Notes: generated by a model from the sequence alone, not told the origin. A DNA stretch of 64,000 nt from Brevinematales bacterium (GCA_013177895.1 JABLXV010000008.1:18205-82204); one strand, 5' to 3'; counted from the first letter of the stretch, positions 53,017 to 62,006 are shown. Program-made: numbers and translations.

Positions 53017-54036
53017 CTATGACGAAGCCGCCGGGGCGACCGTGAACCGTTCGATCAACGCGGGCTGTAAAATGATTTTTTCTTTCTTATTGATGCCGGA
53101 ATCGATCTCCGCCTTCAGGAGTTCGATGCCGAGTTGGGATGCGATACTCAGCGGCTGCGACATCGTGGAAAGCCCGATATAATCGCTGAAGTCCATATTA
53201 TCGTAGCCGAGGATAGAAAGGTCCTCCGGTACGCGGAATCCCATCTCGCGCGCGGTTTCGAGCGCGCCCACCGCCTGCAGGTCGCTGACGCAGAAAATCG
53301 CGGTAGGCGGTTCCTTCATACCCATCAGTTTCTTCGTAATCAGGTTAGCCCCGATGCGGCTCCAATCGTTGATCTGGATATATTTGTCGTTGATCGGGAT
53401 ACTCGCCATCGACAGCCCCATCTTATATCCCTTGAGGCGTTCGCTCGCGACAGTGAAATGGAACGGGTCTTCTATCGCGCCGCTGATAATCGCGATCCGT
53501 TTATGCCCGAGCCCGGTGAGGTACTCGACCGCCTTATACGCGCCGTAGGTGTTATCGAAGCAGACGGAACTGTACGACGGGTGCATGGTGTCGATCAGCG
53601 CTATCGGGAAACGCGCCTTACGGAGGTTGATCTCCTCGTCGGTGCGCACCGGGAGCGAGACCACGACCAGCCCGTCGAGCTTATTCTCGCCGACCACCTT
53701 GGCGATCAGTTTCTTCTTCTGCTCGGGCGTGGTAGCGTCGTAGAGGATCAGGTCGAAGTCGTGGAGTTCCTTCGCGATACCGTCGAGGAGCTTCAGGAAA
53801 AATTCGCCGAAGAAGAACGGAACCAGTACGCCGATTTCCTGCGATTTACGTTTGGACAGCCCCGATGCGATGGGCGAGGGATAGTAATTCAAATCCTCGA
53901 TCGCCTGCATGACGATTTCTTTCGTCTGCGCGGACACATTATCCTTCCCGTTGATGACACGGGACACCGTAGCGATCGTGACATTCGCGCGTTTCGCGAC
54001 ATCGTAGATAGTGATTTTTTTTGTTAAATCCGCCAT
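53017..54036 (-). CDS. LacI-family transcriptional regulator
   Basis: The HTH is ITIYDVAKRANVTIATVSRVINGKDNVS. A periplasmic-binding-protein-like effector domain follows. Confidence 0.88.
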   Translation of the reverse strand: MADLTKKITIYDVAKRANVTIATVSRVINGKDNVSAQTKEIVMQAIEDLNYYPSPIASGLSKRKSQEIGVLVPFFFGEFFLKLLDGIAKELHDFDLILYDATTPEQKKKLIAKVVGENKLDGLVVVSLPVRTDEEINLRKARFPIALIDTMHPSYSSVCFDNTYGAYKAVEYLTGLGHKRIAIISGAIEDPFHFTVASERLKGYKMGLSMASIPINDKYIQINDWSRIGANLITKKLMGMKEPPTAIFCVSDLQAVGALETAREMGFRVPEDLSILGYDNMDFSDYIGLSTMSQPLSIASQLGIELLKAEIDSGINKKEKIILQPALIERFTVAPAASS

Positions 54037-54057
54037 TTTACCTTTCCATATCTATCT

Positions 54058-54333
54058 TTAAAAACGGACGTCGAACGAAAGGAACGGGCACTTATCCACC
54101 GGTTCGGCCGAATACTCCACATCGGTAACATCCGACATGGGCGGGCCTTTCCGCAGTTCTTCGATCAGCGCCGAGACTTGTTCATCGCTGCCGCACGCTT
54201 CGATCTGGACATCCCCGGAATAAAGGTTCTTCACCCATCCGGTCAGGCCGATATTTTCCGCTCTCCGCTGAACGAAATACCTGAACCCCACCCCCTGTAC
54301 GCGCCCTCTGACGATAGCCCTGAGCATCAGCAT
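54058..54333 (-). CDS. acyP: acylphosphatase
   Basis: The motifs are VRGRVQGVGFRYF and GWVKN..SGDVQI. The protein is 91 aa. Confidence 0.88.
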   Translation of the reverse strand: MLMLRAIVRGRVQGVGFRYFVQRRAENIGLTGWVKNLYSGDVQIEACGSDEQVSALIEELRKGPPMSDVTDVEYSAEPVDKCPFLSFDVRF

Positions 54334-54342
54334 CTCTTCCTC

Positions 54343-54840
54343 CTATTGCACCTCTGCGGTCAGCTTGCCGATATTCGAGACGGATAGCGGAAGCGGGAGA
54401 AATAGCGTATCGAATTCGTTCTGGCGGAGTTCCAATAGTACGTTGGTCGTGAGAACGAATTCTTTATTCGATAGCGTCAGATTCCTGACAACCCACAGGT
54501 TTGTGGCGGTGTTTTCGAGAAAGAGGCTCAGCCCGTACTTGGCCTTGTCCTGCACCAGACGCACCACCAGCTTATTACCGTTACTGAAATTGAATTCCTT
54601 TTTCTTGGTCTCGGGCTGGCCGAACATAAACGCCAGCCACATGCCGACAGCGAGGATAATATAAAATATAAACATCCGCGCGGTGGTCTTATTTCCGCCG
54701 AATACCCGAGTGAGAAACTTCTGCGGTTTCGCCGATTGCACCGGATGATGGCTTAACGCGGTGCGTTCCGCCCGTGAGTAGTGATAAACATATTCCGGGT
54801 TTTTCAGTTCGTCGAACGTGGGAGCCGTCTTCTTTTTCAT
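54343..54840 (-). CDS. hypothetical single-pass membrane protein
   Basis: It has one TM (MFIFYIILAVGMWLAFMF). I recognise no motif. Confidence 0.5.
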   Translation of the reverse strand: MKKKTAPTFDELKNPEYVYHYSRAERTALSHHPVQSAKPQKFLTRVFGGNKTTARMFIFYIILAVGMWLAFMFGQPETKKKEFNFSNGNKLVVRLVQDKAKYGLSLFLENTATNLWVVRNLTLSNKEFVLTTNVLLELRQNEFDTLFLPLPLSVSNIGKLTAEVQ

Positions 54841-55055
54841 TGTCCTCTCAAACCGCTTTCAAATAAGGGCAAATTTATTACCGGGTTTTTGTTAAATAGC
54901 GTAAAACACTCGATTTTAACCTATAAAATTGCCCAATGGCCGCTCCACTGCCGCCGTGAAAACGGCGGTAAATGAAAGCGACCATATCTTACAATAGAAA
55001 ATGGGTTTTATCAATTATTTTTCCATCATTTTCAGAACATTGCGGTAGTAACGGG

Positions 55056-55697
55056 TTATTTCCATTGGAACTGCGTACCGAATTGAACGCTGATCGCGAC
55101 CCCTTTCAACGGGTGGGAATAGTTGTAGGAAAACTCATACGCCATGCTGTTCTTCCAGTGAAACGCGCCTTTCTGGCCTTTTACCCATGAGTCGTAAAAT
55201 ATCGAGAATAGCTTGGTGTTCTTCCCTTCCGTGTTGATGAGGAATATATTGAAATAGGGGATATTTTTATCGTAGATATAGGACTTACCGGCGGAGTATA
55301 TCCGGTACTGGATAGGCATCATCTGGTAAAACCCGGCCTCGACCTGCACGGCAGTCCACCCGATAAAATCGATCTGACTGATGGACATCAAATCGATTTT
55401 CGCGGTAACCGTCTGGTTGGTAACTTTATTGGTGATATAGAGCGTGAAGTTCGTCGTGTACTCGTAGGTTCCCTTCAGCAGGGTATTCGGCGAGACCAGA
55501 ACCTGCACATAGGAATGATAGGTCTGGATTACGGATGAGTTTGTTTTCGTGGGAGCCTGCATGGACGTCTCGTTGAACTGGACCTCCGGGTCCGAAGGGC
55601 CGGGCACCGACGGCTCGATAGGCTGCGCGGACAATATCCCCGGGAGAACGAGCGGAAGCGCGAGTCTAATGCACATACGGGTGATAGCAGTATACAT
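55056..55697 (-). CDS. hypothetical secreted beta-rich protein
   Basis: I prefer the start at 55697 (RBS ggagga; signal peptide [24 protein letters not shown]). A Thr/Asn-rich strand segment is present (YEYTTNFTLYITNKVTNQTVTAKI). Confidence 0.5.
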   Translation of the reverse strand: MYTAITRMCIRLALPLVLPGILSAQPIEPSVPGPSDPEVQFNETSMQAPTKTNSSVIQTYHSYVQVLVSPNTLLKGTYEYTTNFTLYITNKVTNQTVTAKIDLMSISQIDFIGWTAVQVEAGFYQMMPIQYRIYSAGKSYIYDKNIPYFNIFLINTEGKNTKLFSIFYDSWVKGQKGAFHWKNSMAYEFSYNYSHPLKGVAISVQFGTQFQWK

Positions 55698-56592
55698 AAT
55701 GATTCTCCTCCAACAGCGTGGCTTCGGGGAAACTTGCTTTGCATTGCCCGTCGGCGGCTGGGCACCGGGAATAGAACGGGCATCCGTCGACAGTCTCCTC
55801 GCGTTCGATAGGGTCGTGCTGTACCACAATATCGCGGGCGGACTGGAGCAGGAGATGCGTGTAGGGGTTCGCCGGGCGTTCGAATATCGAGAGCTTGCCG
55901 CCCGATTCGAGCACCTTGCCGCGGTAGATGATCAGGATAGTCTGCGAGAGAAACCGCACGGTCGCGAGGTCGTGGGATATGAATATATAGGATAGATCGA
56001 ACTTTGTCTTGAGGTCGGACAGGAGATTGAGGATCTGCGCGCGGATGGATACGTCGAGCGACGATACCGGCTCGTCGAGGATAATCAGCTCGGGATGGGA
56101 AATGAGCGCGCGGGCGATCGATACCCGCTGGCGCTGCCCGCCGGAGAACTCGTGCGGATAACGGAACATCGCGGACGCCTCGATACCGACTGTTTCGAGC
56201 GCCTCGCCCACCTTGACGCGGAGTTTCTCCTTATCGATATTTTTCTCGATACGGAGGTAGGGTTCGGCGATAGAGTTGAGGATATTCATACGGGGGTTCA
56301 AAGAACTGTAGGGGTTCTGGAATACCGCCTGTATCTTCCCGGAGAACCACGACTGGCGCACGTCGCCGCCGAGGAAGCTCATACTGCCCGCGGTGGGAGG
56401 GTACAGCCCGAGCACGGCGTTACCGAGGGTGGTCTTGCCGGAACCGGATTCGCCGATGATGGAGAGAACCTCGCCCTTTTTCAGCTCGAACGAGACCCCG
56501 TCGACAGCCTTCACCTCTCCCGACACGCGCCGGAAGATTCCTTTATATATCGGAAAATGCACTTCTATTCCGCTCGCTTCCAGGAACTTCAT
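55666..56592 (-). CDS. ABC transporter ATP-binding protein, OppF/DppF-like (orphan)
   Basis: Walker A is GESGSGKTT, the signature is [15 protein letters not shown], and Walker B is [11 protein letters not shown]. The oligopeptide-type C-terminal extension has NPYT and a Cys-rich tail. I prefer the start at 56592 ([11 protein letters not shown]). Confidence 0.85.
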   Translation of the reverse strand: MKFLEASGIEVHFPIYKGIFRRVSGEVKAVDGVSFELKKGEVLSIIGESGSGKTTLGNAVLGLYPPTAGSMSFLGGDVRQSWFSGKIQAVFQNPYSSLNPRMNILNSIAEPYLRIEKNIDKEKLRVKVGEALETVGIEASAMFRYPHEFSGGQRQRVSIARALISHPELIILDEPVSSLDVSIRAQILNLLSDLKTKFDLSYIFISHDLATVRFLSQTILIIYRGKVLESGGKLSIFERPANPYTHLLLQSARDIVVQHDPIEREETVDGCPFYSRCPAADGQCKASFPEATLLEENHYVYCYHPYVH

Positions 56593-56611
56593 TTTTACCT
56601 CACGGATTATT

Positions 56612-56656
56612 CTATGGATCACTTCTAAATACTTATGCAAGGAAGTGACCATCGGG
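56612..56656. repeat. 45-nt hairpin-containing direct repeat, copy 1
   Basis: The sequence is tatggatcacttctaaatacttatgcaaggaagtgaccatcgggc. The stem is tcacttc/gaagtga. Confidence 0.65.
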
Positions 56657-56736
56657 CGTCTTTTAAAGATATATCATTAATAATGTTATAAATGTAAATA
56701 GTTTTTGCGTCAGTCCCCGCAAGGGGGGAACCGCCC

Positions 56737-56781
56737 TATAGATCACTTCTAAATAATCATGTAAGGAAGTGACCGCCGGGC
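56737..56781. repeat. 45-nt hairpin-containing direct repeat, copy 2
   Basis: The sequence is tatagatcacttctaaataatcatgtaaggaagtgaccgccgggc. Both stem and loop sequence are conserved relative to copy 1. Confidence 0.65.
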
Positions 56782-56850
56782 TGTTTATATTCAATTATGT
56801 CTTAGATTATTAAAAAACTCAAGGTTTTTAGAACCGCCCGATAAGGGCTT

Positions 56851-57036
56851 GATGACGAACAAGGGAATTGTGGAATTTCCTGTCACTGCGAGACGCAATG
56901 TCTTATATGGAGGTAAAATAGATTGCCCCGGCTATGGTTCGACTGGCTCACCATGACGCCTCGCCTGTCGTCCATCTACTATCGAAGATGGAAGACGGTT
57001 AGAAAGCAGGCAATGACATAAAACAGTCTGTCGACA
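56851..57036 (+). mobile_element. MITE-like repeat, copy C (divergent)
   Basis: The sequence reads gatgacgaac..ttcctgtcactgcgag..atagattgcc..ctcaccatgacgcctcgc..caatgacataaaacagtctgtcgac. Framework and orientation match copies A and B. Confidence 0.6.
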
Positions 57037-57164
57037 AGCCTTATTCAGAGGAGCGGAGAGTTAAACAAATTCGACCGGATATTGCCGGCATTGGATTTTT
57101 TTTACCACTTGCATTACAATTTTGGTAACGAAACAGGTTTTATCCGTTATTTGAGGAGAAAGCT

Positions 57165-57650
57165 ATGCAGAAAATCGGGGTCTATCCCGGTACGTTCGAC
57201 CCTCCCACCAACGGGCATATCGATGTCGCGATCAGGGCGTCTCATTTCTTCGATAAACTCATCATAGGGGTAGGAAACAACCCCGGTAAAAATCCGCTGT
57301 TTTCCGCGGACGAACGGGTGGCGATGCTTCAGGAGATATTCAAGGATAGCCCGAATATCGAAATCCGCGCGTTCTCGAACCTGCTGATCAACTTTGTGAG
57401 CGATTGCGGGGCGATGGCGCTGGTACGCGGACTGCGGGCTGTGTCCGATTTCGAATACGAGCTCCAGCTCGCGTCGTTTAACTATCACCTGAACGATACG
57501 GTCGATACGGTGTTTTTTATGGCGCGCGAGGAGAACCTGTTCGTCAGTTCGTCGATTATCCGCGAGATAGCGCAGTACGGCGGGGATGTTTCCGACCGGG
57601 TGCCGCCGGTCGTATGGAAGAAACTGCGCGCGGTGTACCCGATTAAGTGA
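57165..57650 (+). CDS. coaD: phosphopantetheine adenylyltransferase
   Basis: GVYPGTFDPPTNGHIDV (the T/HxGH motif) is present. The protein is 161 aa. Confidence 0.92.
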   Translation: MQKIGVYPGTFDPPTNGHIDVAIRASHFFDKLIIGVGNNPGKNPLFSADERVAMLQEIFKDSPNIEIRAFSNLLINFVSDCGAMALVRGLRAVSDFEYELQLASFNYHLNDTVDTVFFMAREENLFVSSSIIREIAQYGGDVSDRVPPVVWKKLRAVYPIK

Positions 57651-58069
57651 TGAAGTATATGATAGGTATATTTGTGCTCACCCTGTTATCCTGCTCGGAG
57701 TATGCTCAGGTTAAAACAACTTCCGATATAGGCGAATATTATCAAAGAATGGCGAATGTTTGGATAAATGCTTCTGATCAGGTTTCTTCAGCAAAAAATC
57801 CGCAGACTGTATGCGATGCGCTCAAGGATGCGGATAGGGTGTTTTCAGTTTTATTCGAAGAAATGGAAATGAATAAGCAAGTGTTGTTTCTGAATGAAGC
57901 AATGAAGACCGAGTATATGAAGCGGGAATCGGCATATCAGACTGATTTAAATATGGCGATGATGAAAGCCCGGCTGGAGACCGAAAACGCGATGAAACGG
58001 TTTGCGGATGATATCACGGGAGTAAAAATGATCGGGGAAGTATATAAGTCTAGTAAGCTATTCCCCTGA
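57647..58069 (+). CDS. paralogous lipoprotein family, array member 1
   Basis: The lipobox is TLLSC. Motifs AKNPQTVCDALKDADRVFSVLFEEMEM and KRFADDITGVKMIGEVY are present. The start is GTG 57647 or ATG 57650, overlapping the coaD stop. Confidence 0.65.
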   Translation: MMKYMIGIFVLTLLSCSEYAQVKTTSDIGEYYQRMANVWINASDQVSSAKNPQTVCDALKDADRVFSVLFEEMEMNKQVLFLNEAMKTEYMKRESAYQTDLNMAMMKARLETENAMKRFADDITGVKMIGEVYKSSKLFP

Positions 58070-58119
58070 TTTCAGCCTAGTTTATGGAGCGGAAACTTTT
58101 GGTTTTTAAAGGATGTTTA

Positions 58120-58557
58120 ATGAAAAAATTATTTTTATTATTCGGCATAATCGGAATAAGTACGATGCTCCTATCCTGCGGAGCCGATCTGAGCAAGGCG
58201 GCGGACGAGATACGCCCGTCGATACAGCGAATGGCCGCGGTGATCGATAACGCCTCCCAGCGGATGACGGGTGTGCAGGACGCGGACGAGGCCTCCGCGA
58301 TCATGAAAGAAACCGCCGCTAAAATGAAACAAATCATTATCGAGATGAAGGATACCGAGAAAAAATATAATCTGACTCCTGAAGAATCGAAGAAACTGGT
58401 TAATATATTGAAAACCGATTACAATGCGGTGGGGAAAGTTCTCGTTACGCTGAACAGTAATATCAACATGGTTTTGGACAAGTATAAGGACGATCCTAAG
58501 ATGGCGGAGAAACTGATGGATGCGCTCCTAAGCCTTCGGGAAATCGGGAGTATGTAG
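58120..58557 (+). CDS. paralogous lipoprotein family, array member 2
   Basis: The start is MKKLFLLFGIIGISTMLLSC. Motifs VQDADEASAIMKETAAKMKQIIIEMKDTEKKYNL and DKYKDDPKMAEKLMDAL are present. Confidence 0.7.
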   Translation: MKKLFLLFGIIGISTMLLSCGADLSKAADEIRPSIQRMAAVIDNASQRMTGVQDADEASAIMKETAAKMKQIIIEMKDTEKKYNLTPEESKKLVNILKTDYNAVGKVLVTLNSNINMVLDKYKDDPKMAEKLMDALLSLREIGSM

Positions 58558-58611
58558 CCCGGCGGGCGGCAGAAGTTTTCATGTGGAAATTATTTATAAG
58601 GAGTGTGAAAT

Positions 58612-59055
58612 ATGAAAAAGCTATTAGGTTTCGGGGTTGTAATGGGATTGGCGATGATGGTTCTTTCATGCGCCGGTACGGATATGAAGAAAGTCGAGAA
58701 CGAAGCCCGCGCAGCGATGAAAAATATGGTCGCATCGATGAACGATATCGCGGGAAAGTTGAGCGCGACGGAATCGCCCGAAGAAGCGATCAAGCTGATA
58801 AAAAAATCGGGAGAACTGTTCAAGGACTTCAATAAGGAACTGACCGGGATATCGGATAAGTATAAACTGAGCGTCGCGCAGGATGACGAGCTTCAGGCGA
58901 GTCTGAGCGATGTCTATGAGGATTTGGGCGCCGCGAGCGAAACACTGAAAGCCTCGTTCGACGCCGCCGCCATAAAATTCGCCGATGACGCGGATTTTAT
59001 GGAACAGATGAAGACCACCATGGAGGATATTGTAGAAGCGAGCCAGATGGAGTAA
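58612..59055 (+). CDS. paralogous lipoprotein family, array member 3
   Basis: The RBS is aaggag and the lipobox is MVLSC. Motifs TESPEEAIKLIKKSGELFKDFNKELTGISDKYKL and IKFADDADFMEQMKTTM are present. Confidence 0.7.
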   Translation: MKKLLGFGVVMGLAMMVLSCAGTDMKKVENEARAAMKNMVASMNDIAGKLSATESPEEAIKLIKKSGELFKDFNKELTGISDKYKLSVAQDDELQASLSDVYEDLGAASETLKASFDAAAIKFADDADFMEQMKTTMEDIVEASQME

Positions 59056-59092
59056 TTCCCGGGCATGACTATTATATAGAAGGAGAAGTATT

Positions 59093-59530
59093 ATGAAGAA
59101 GAATCTCGGATTTGGATTGTTGATGGGATTGATTATGATGACGATTTCCTGCGGCGCGGCGGATTTGAACAAGGTACAGGCCGAGATGACGCCGCCGTTA
59201 AATAAACTGACCGTACTGCTGAACGGGACGATCGATACTATCGGGACTATGACCAACGCGGATGAGATTGTTGCGGCATTGAACAAAACCACCGGGGAAG
59301 CCGCCGCGATCGTATCCGAATTGAAGCTGATTGAAGGGAAGTACAACCTGAACGAAGCCGATGCGGCGAAACTTCTTAAACTGATGGCAAAACCCGCCGA
59401 CGAGCTGACGAAAGCGGGGGAGAAGCTGGGTAAGACGGTCGACGGTATTCTGCTGAAGTTCGACGACGAGGAAGTGAAAGATAAAATTCACCAGGCGCGC
59501 ATGAATCTCGCCTACAGTTTGAGTATGTAG
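59093..59530 (+). CDS. paralogous lipoprotein family, array member 4
   Basis: The RBS is gaaggag and the lipobox is MTISC. Motifs MTNADEIVAALNKTTGEAAAIVSELKLIEGKYNL and LKFDDEEVKDKIHQARM are present. Confidence 0.7.
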   Translation: MKKNLGFGLLMGLIMMTISCGAADLNKVQAEMTPPLNKLTVLLNGTIDTIGTMTNADEIVAALNKTTGEAAAIVSELKLIEGKYNLNEADAAKLLKLMAKPADELTKAGEKLGKTVDGILLKFDDEEVKDKIHQARMNLAYSLSM

Positions 59531-59572
59531 CCCGGTAAGGACTGCGATAAATAATATTACGGAGCGTACCTC

Positions 59573-60010
59573 TTGAAGGTTATCCTGAAATTCGCGGCGT
59601 TCGGTCTTTTACTGTCGCTCGCGTCCTGCGGTACGGATATTAATCTAGCCGCCGGGAAATATAGTACAGTATTGGATAAGTGGATCGCCGTAGTCGATTC
59701 CGCGGTCGAGGAGACGTCGTCGGCAAAGGATGCAACCCAGGCGATAACCGCCGCCGATAAGGCCACTGCGGAGGCCAACGCGCTCCTTTCGGAGATGAAC
59801 GCGATCGACGACGAGTACCCTGTTTCCGGGAAAGACGCGGATATGCTGAGGGCGATGCTCCGGGAGAAGTACGACAAGCTCGCGGACTTATCGCAGACCC
59901 TCGGGGAAACCGTCGGCGGACTGCTGGCGCGTTACGCGGGAGACCCGTCGGCCACAGAGCGTCTGACCAAGGCCTTCGACCCGCTCATGATCCTTATTCC
60001 GCAGGAATAA
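59573..60010 (+). CDS. paralogous lipoprotein family, array member 5
   Basis: The start is TTG with RBS ggag, and the lipobox is SLASC. Motifs AKDATQAITAADKATAEANALLSEMNAIDDEYPV and ARYAGDPSATERLTKAF are present. Confidence 0.65.
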   Translation: MKVILKFAAFGLLLSLASCGTDINLAAGKYSTVLDKWIAVVDSAVEETSSAKDATQAITAADKATAEANALLSEMNAIDDEYPVSGKDADMLRAMLREKYDKLADLSQTLGETVGGLLARYAGDPSATERLTKAFDPLMILIPQE

Positions 60011-60046
60011 TTCCGCGGGAGTAATAATATTGGAGGAATGACCGTT

Positions 60047-60505
60047 ATGAAAAGACGAATGATGATTGTTACGGTGTTTACGGCGGTATTTACCGCGTTT
60101 TTAACGCTCGGTTCCTGCGCGGGCGGGAGCTCCGATTTCAGCAAGGCTAAGGCGGAGCTCGACGAGTTAATCACGTCTACCTGCAAGGTTCAGAACGAGG
60201 CGGTCAAGACGATCAACTCGTCGACGAATATCGAAGAGATTTTAGGTATTATTAAAACGGTAACCGACGCAAAGAAGGGTATCGATCCTGGAATCGACCG
60301 GATATCGAAAAAATACCCCAATCTGAATCAGGAAGAGGTGGATCAGATTCTTGTATTTATGGGTGAAAAAGTGCTCGAGTTCACGCTTTCGAGCGACGAA
60401 TTTGTCCAGGCGGTGGATGGCGCGATCCGTACCAATCTGGCGGATCAGGAGAAGACTAAACCGCTGATTCTCGCCCTTCAGGAATACCAGTCGTTAGGTC
60501 AATAA
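60047..60505 (+). CDS. paralogous lipoprotein family, array member 6
   Basis: I prefer the ATG at 60047 over 60038 because of RBS ggagg spacing. The lipobox is TLGSC. The motif STNIEEILGIIKTVTDAKKGIDPGIDRISKKYPNL is present. Confidence 0.65.
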   Translation: MKRRMMIVTVFTAVFTAFLTLGSCAGGSSDFSKAKAELDELITSTCKVQNEAVKTINSSTNIEEILGIIKTVTDAKKGIDPGIDRISKKYPNLNQEEVDQILVFMGEKVLEFTLSSDEFVQAVDGAIRTNLADQEKTKPLILALQEYQSLGQ

Positions 60506-60534
60506 ACGAAATATCGCGGCCCGCTTCGGGGCCT

Positions 60535-60693
60535 GTTGACGAAGACGGAGATTTAACTATTTTCCGTCACTGCGATGAGCAAAGCGAAGAAGCAGTCAAT
60601 CTAACAATATACACTATAAACAGATAGATTGCTTCGGCTATGGTTCGGCAAGCTCACCATGACGCCTCGCAATGACAAAAACAGTTCGTCAAC
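60535..60693 (+). mobile_element. MITE-like repeat, copy B, with 9-nt terminal inverted repeats
   Basis: It starts gttgacgaa and ends ttcgtcaac. The interior is nested palindromes (gtcactgcga../..tcgcaatgac; gaagcagtcaatct/agattgcttc). GC-rich hairpin-like strings flank it, with ttttttatt on the right side. Confidence 0.75.
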
Positions 60694-60733
60694 ACGCCCT
60701 TCGGCGGGGCTTTTTTATTGAACCCATGAAATC

Positions 60734-60762
60734 TTGTCATTTTCCATTCCCTATTTTATAAT
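60734..60762 (+). promoter_or_regulatory. sigma70 promoter for lysC
   Basis: ttgtca, 17 nt, tataat; the -10 ends about 30 nt upstream of the GTG start. Confidence 0.55.
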
Positions 60763-60791
60763 CAAGGTCTTGAATTTTCAGGAGGGCAATT

Positions 60792-62006
60792 GTGGCGCTG
60801 ATTGTGCAGAAATTCGGCGGTACTTCGGTCGGCAACCCCGAACGTATTAAAAATGTAGCGCGTACCGTCATCAAAGAAAAGCTCGCGGGCAATCAGGTCG
60901 TTGTCGTCGTATCCGCGATGAGCGGGCAGACCGACGCCTTAATCAGCCTGTGCAGGCAGGTCTCGGATAATCCCTCCAAGCGTGAAATGGATATGATGGT
61001 GTCGACCGGCGAACAGGTCACTATCGCGCTTCTCGCGATGGCGCTGATCGATCAGGGGCATGACGCTATCTCGTACAACGGCTGGCAGGTGGGTATCCGT
61101 ACCACCGCCGAGTACTCCAAGGCGAAAATCCTCGATATCGATACCAAGCTCATGCGGGAATCTCTCGACGCCGGGAATATTCTGGTGGTGGCGGGATTCC
61201 AAGGTATCGACCAGAAGAATAATATCACCACACTCGGACGCGGCGGAAGCGATACGACTGCGGTGGCGGTCGCGGCCGCGCTCAAGGCCGACCGCTGCGA
61301 TATCTATACCGACGTCGACGGCGTATATACCGCCGACCCCCGCGTAGTCCCCGGCGCGCGCCGTCTCGATAAAATCTCCCACGATGAAATGCTCGAACTC
61401 GCGTCGATGGGGTCGAAAGTCCTCCACGACCGTTCCGTCATTTTCGCTATGAAATATAACGTCCCTCTCCGGGTGGTTTCCTCCTTCGCGGAAGGCCCCG
61501 GCACTTTAATAGTAAAGGAGTCTAACGATATGGAAGATGTATTAATCAGCGGTATTGCTAAAAAAGACAACGAAGTCCGTGTCAATATAGCGGGTATTCC
61601 CGATAAACCCGGCGTGGCGTCCACTATCTTCAAACAGCTTGCCGACGCGAGCATCAATGTCAATATGATTGTCCAGAGCGTCGGGAAGGAAGGGCATAGC
61701 CAGATATCGTTCACGGTGATGAACACCGACCTCGACGAAGCGAAGAAGGTGATGACGAAGCTCCAGGCCGAGCTCGGCGCGGAAAGTGTGACCTACGACG
61801 CGGATATCGCGATCGTATCGGTAGTCGGGGTGGGGATGAAGGTCTACGCGGGCGTCGCGGCGGCCGTGTTCGACGAGCTCGCGAAGAACAGTATCAACAT
61901 CGATATGATATCGACCTCGGAGATCAAGATTTCCGTGGTTATCCGAAAGTCCGACGCGGAGAAGACCGTGCAGGCGCTGCACCGCAGATTTTTCATGCAG
62001 GCGTAG
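60792..62006 (+). CDS. lysC: aspartate kinase with two C-terminal ACT domains
   Basis: The N-terminus is ALIVQKFGGTSVG. Motifs ..VVVVSAMSGQTD.. and ..GRGGSDTTAVA.. are present, with an ACT pair at the C-terminus. Confidence 0.92.
   Translation: MALIVQKFGGTSVGNPERIKNVARTVIKEKLAGNQVVVVVSAMSGQTDALISLCRQVSDNPSKREMDMMVSTGEQVTIALLAMALIDQGHDAISYNGWQVGIRTTAEYSKAKILDIDTKLMRESLDAGNILVVAGFQGIDQKNNITTLGRGGSDTTAVAVAAALKADRCDIYTDVDGVYTADPRVVPGARRLDKISHDEMLELASMGSKVLHDRSVIFAMKYNVPLRVVSSFAEGPGTLIVKESNDMEDVLISGIAKKDNEVRVNIAGIPDKPGVASTIFKQLADASINVNMIVQSVGKEGHSQISFTVMNTDLDEAKKVMTKLQAELGAESVTYDADIAIVSVVGVGMKVYAGVAAAVFDELAKNSINIDMISTSEIKISVVIRKSDAEKTVQALHRRFFMQA

Noticed and set aside
56612-56781. Possible mini-CRISPR array
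   Set aside because: There are only two repeat copies, the repeats are imperfect, the spacing is about 80 nt, and there are no cas genes in the window. I found no CRISPR array anywhere in the 64 kb.
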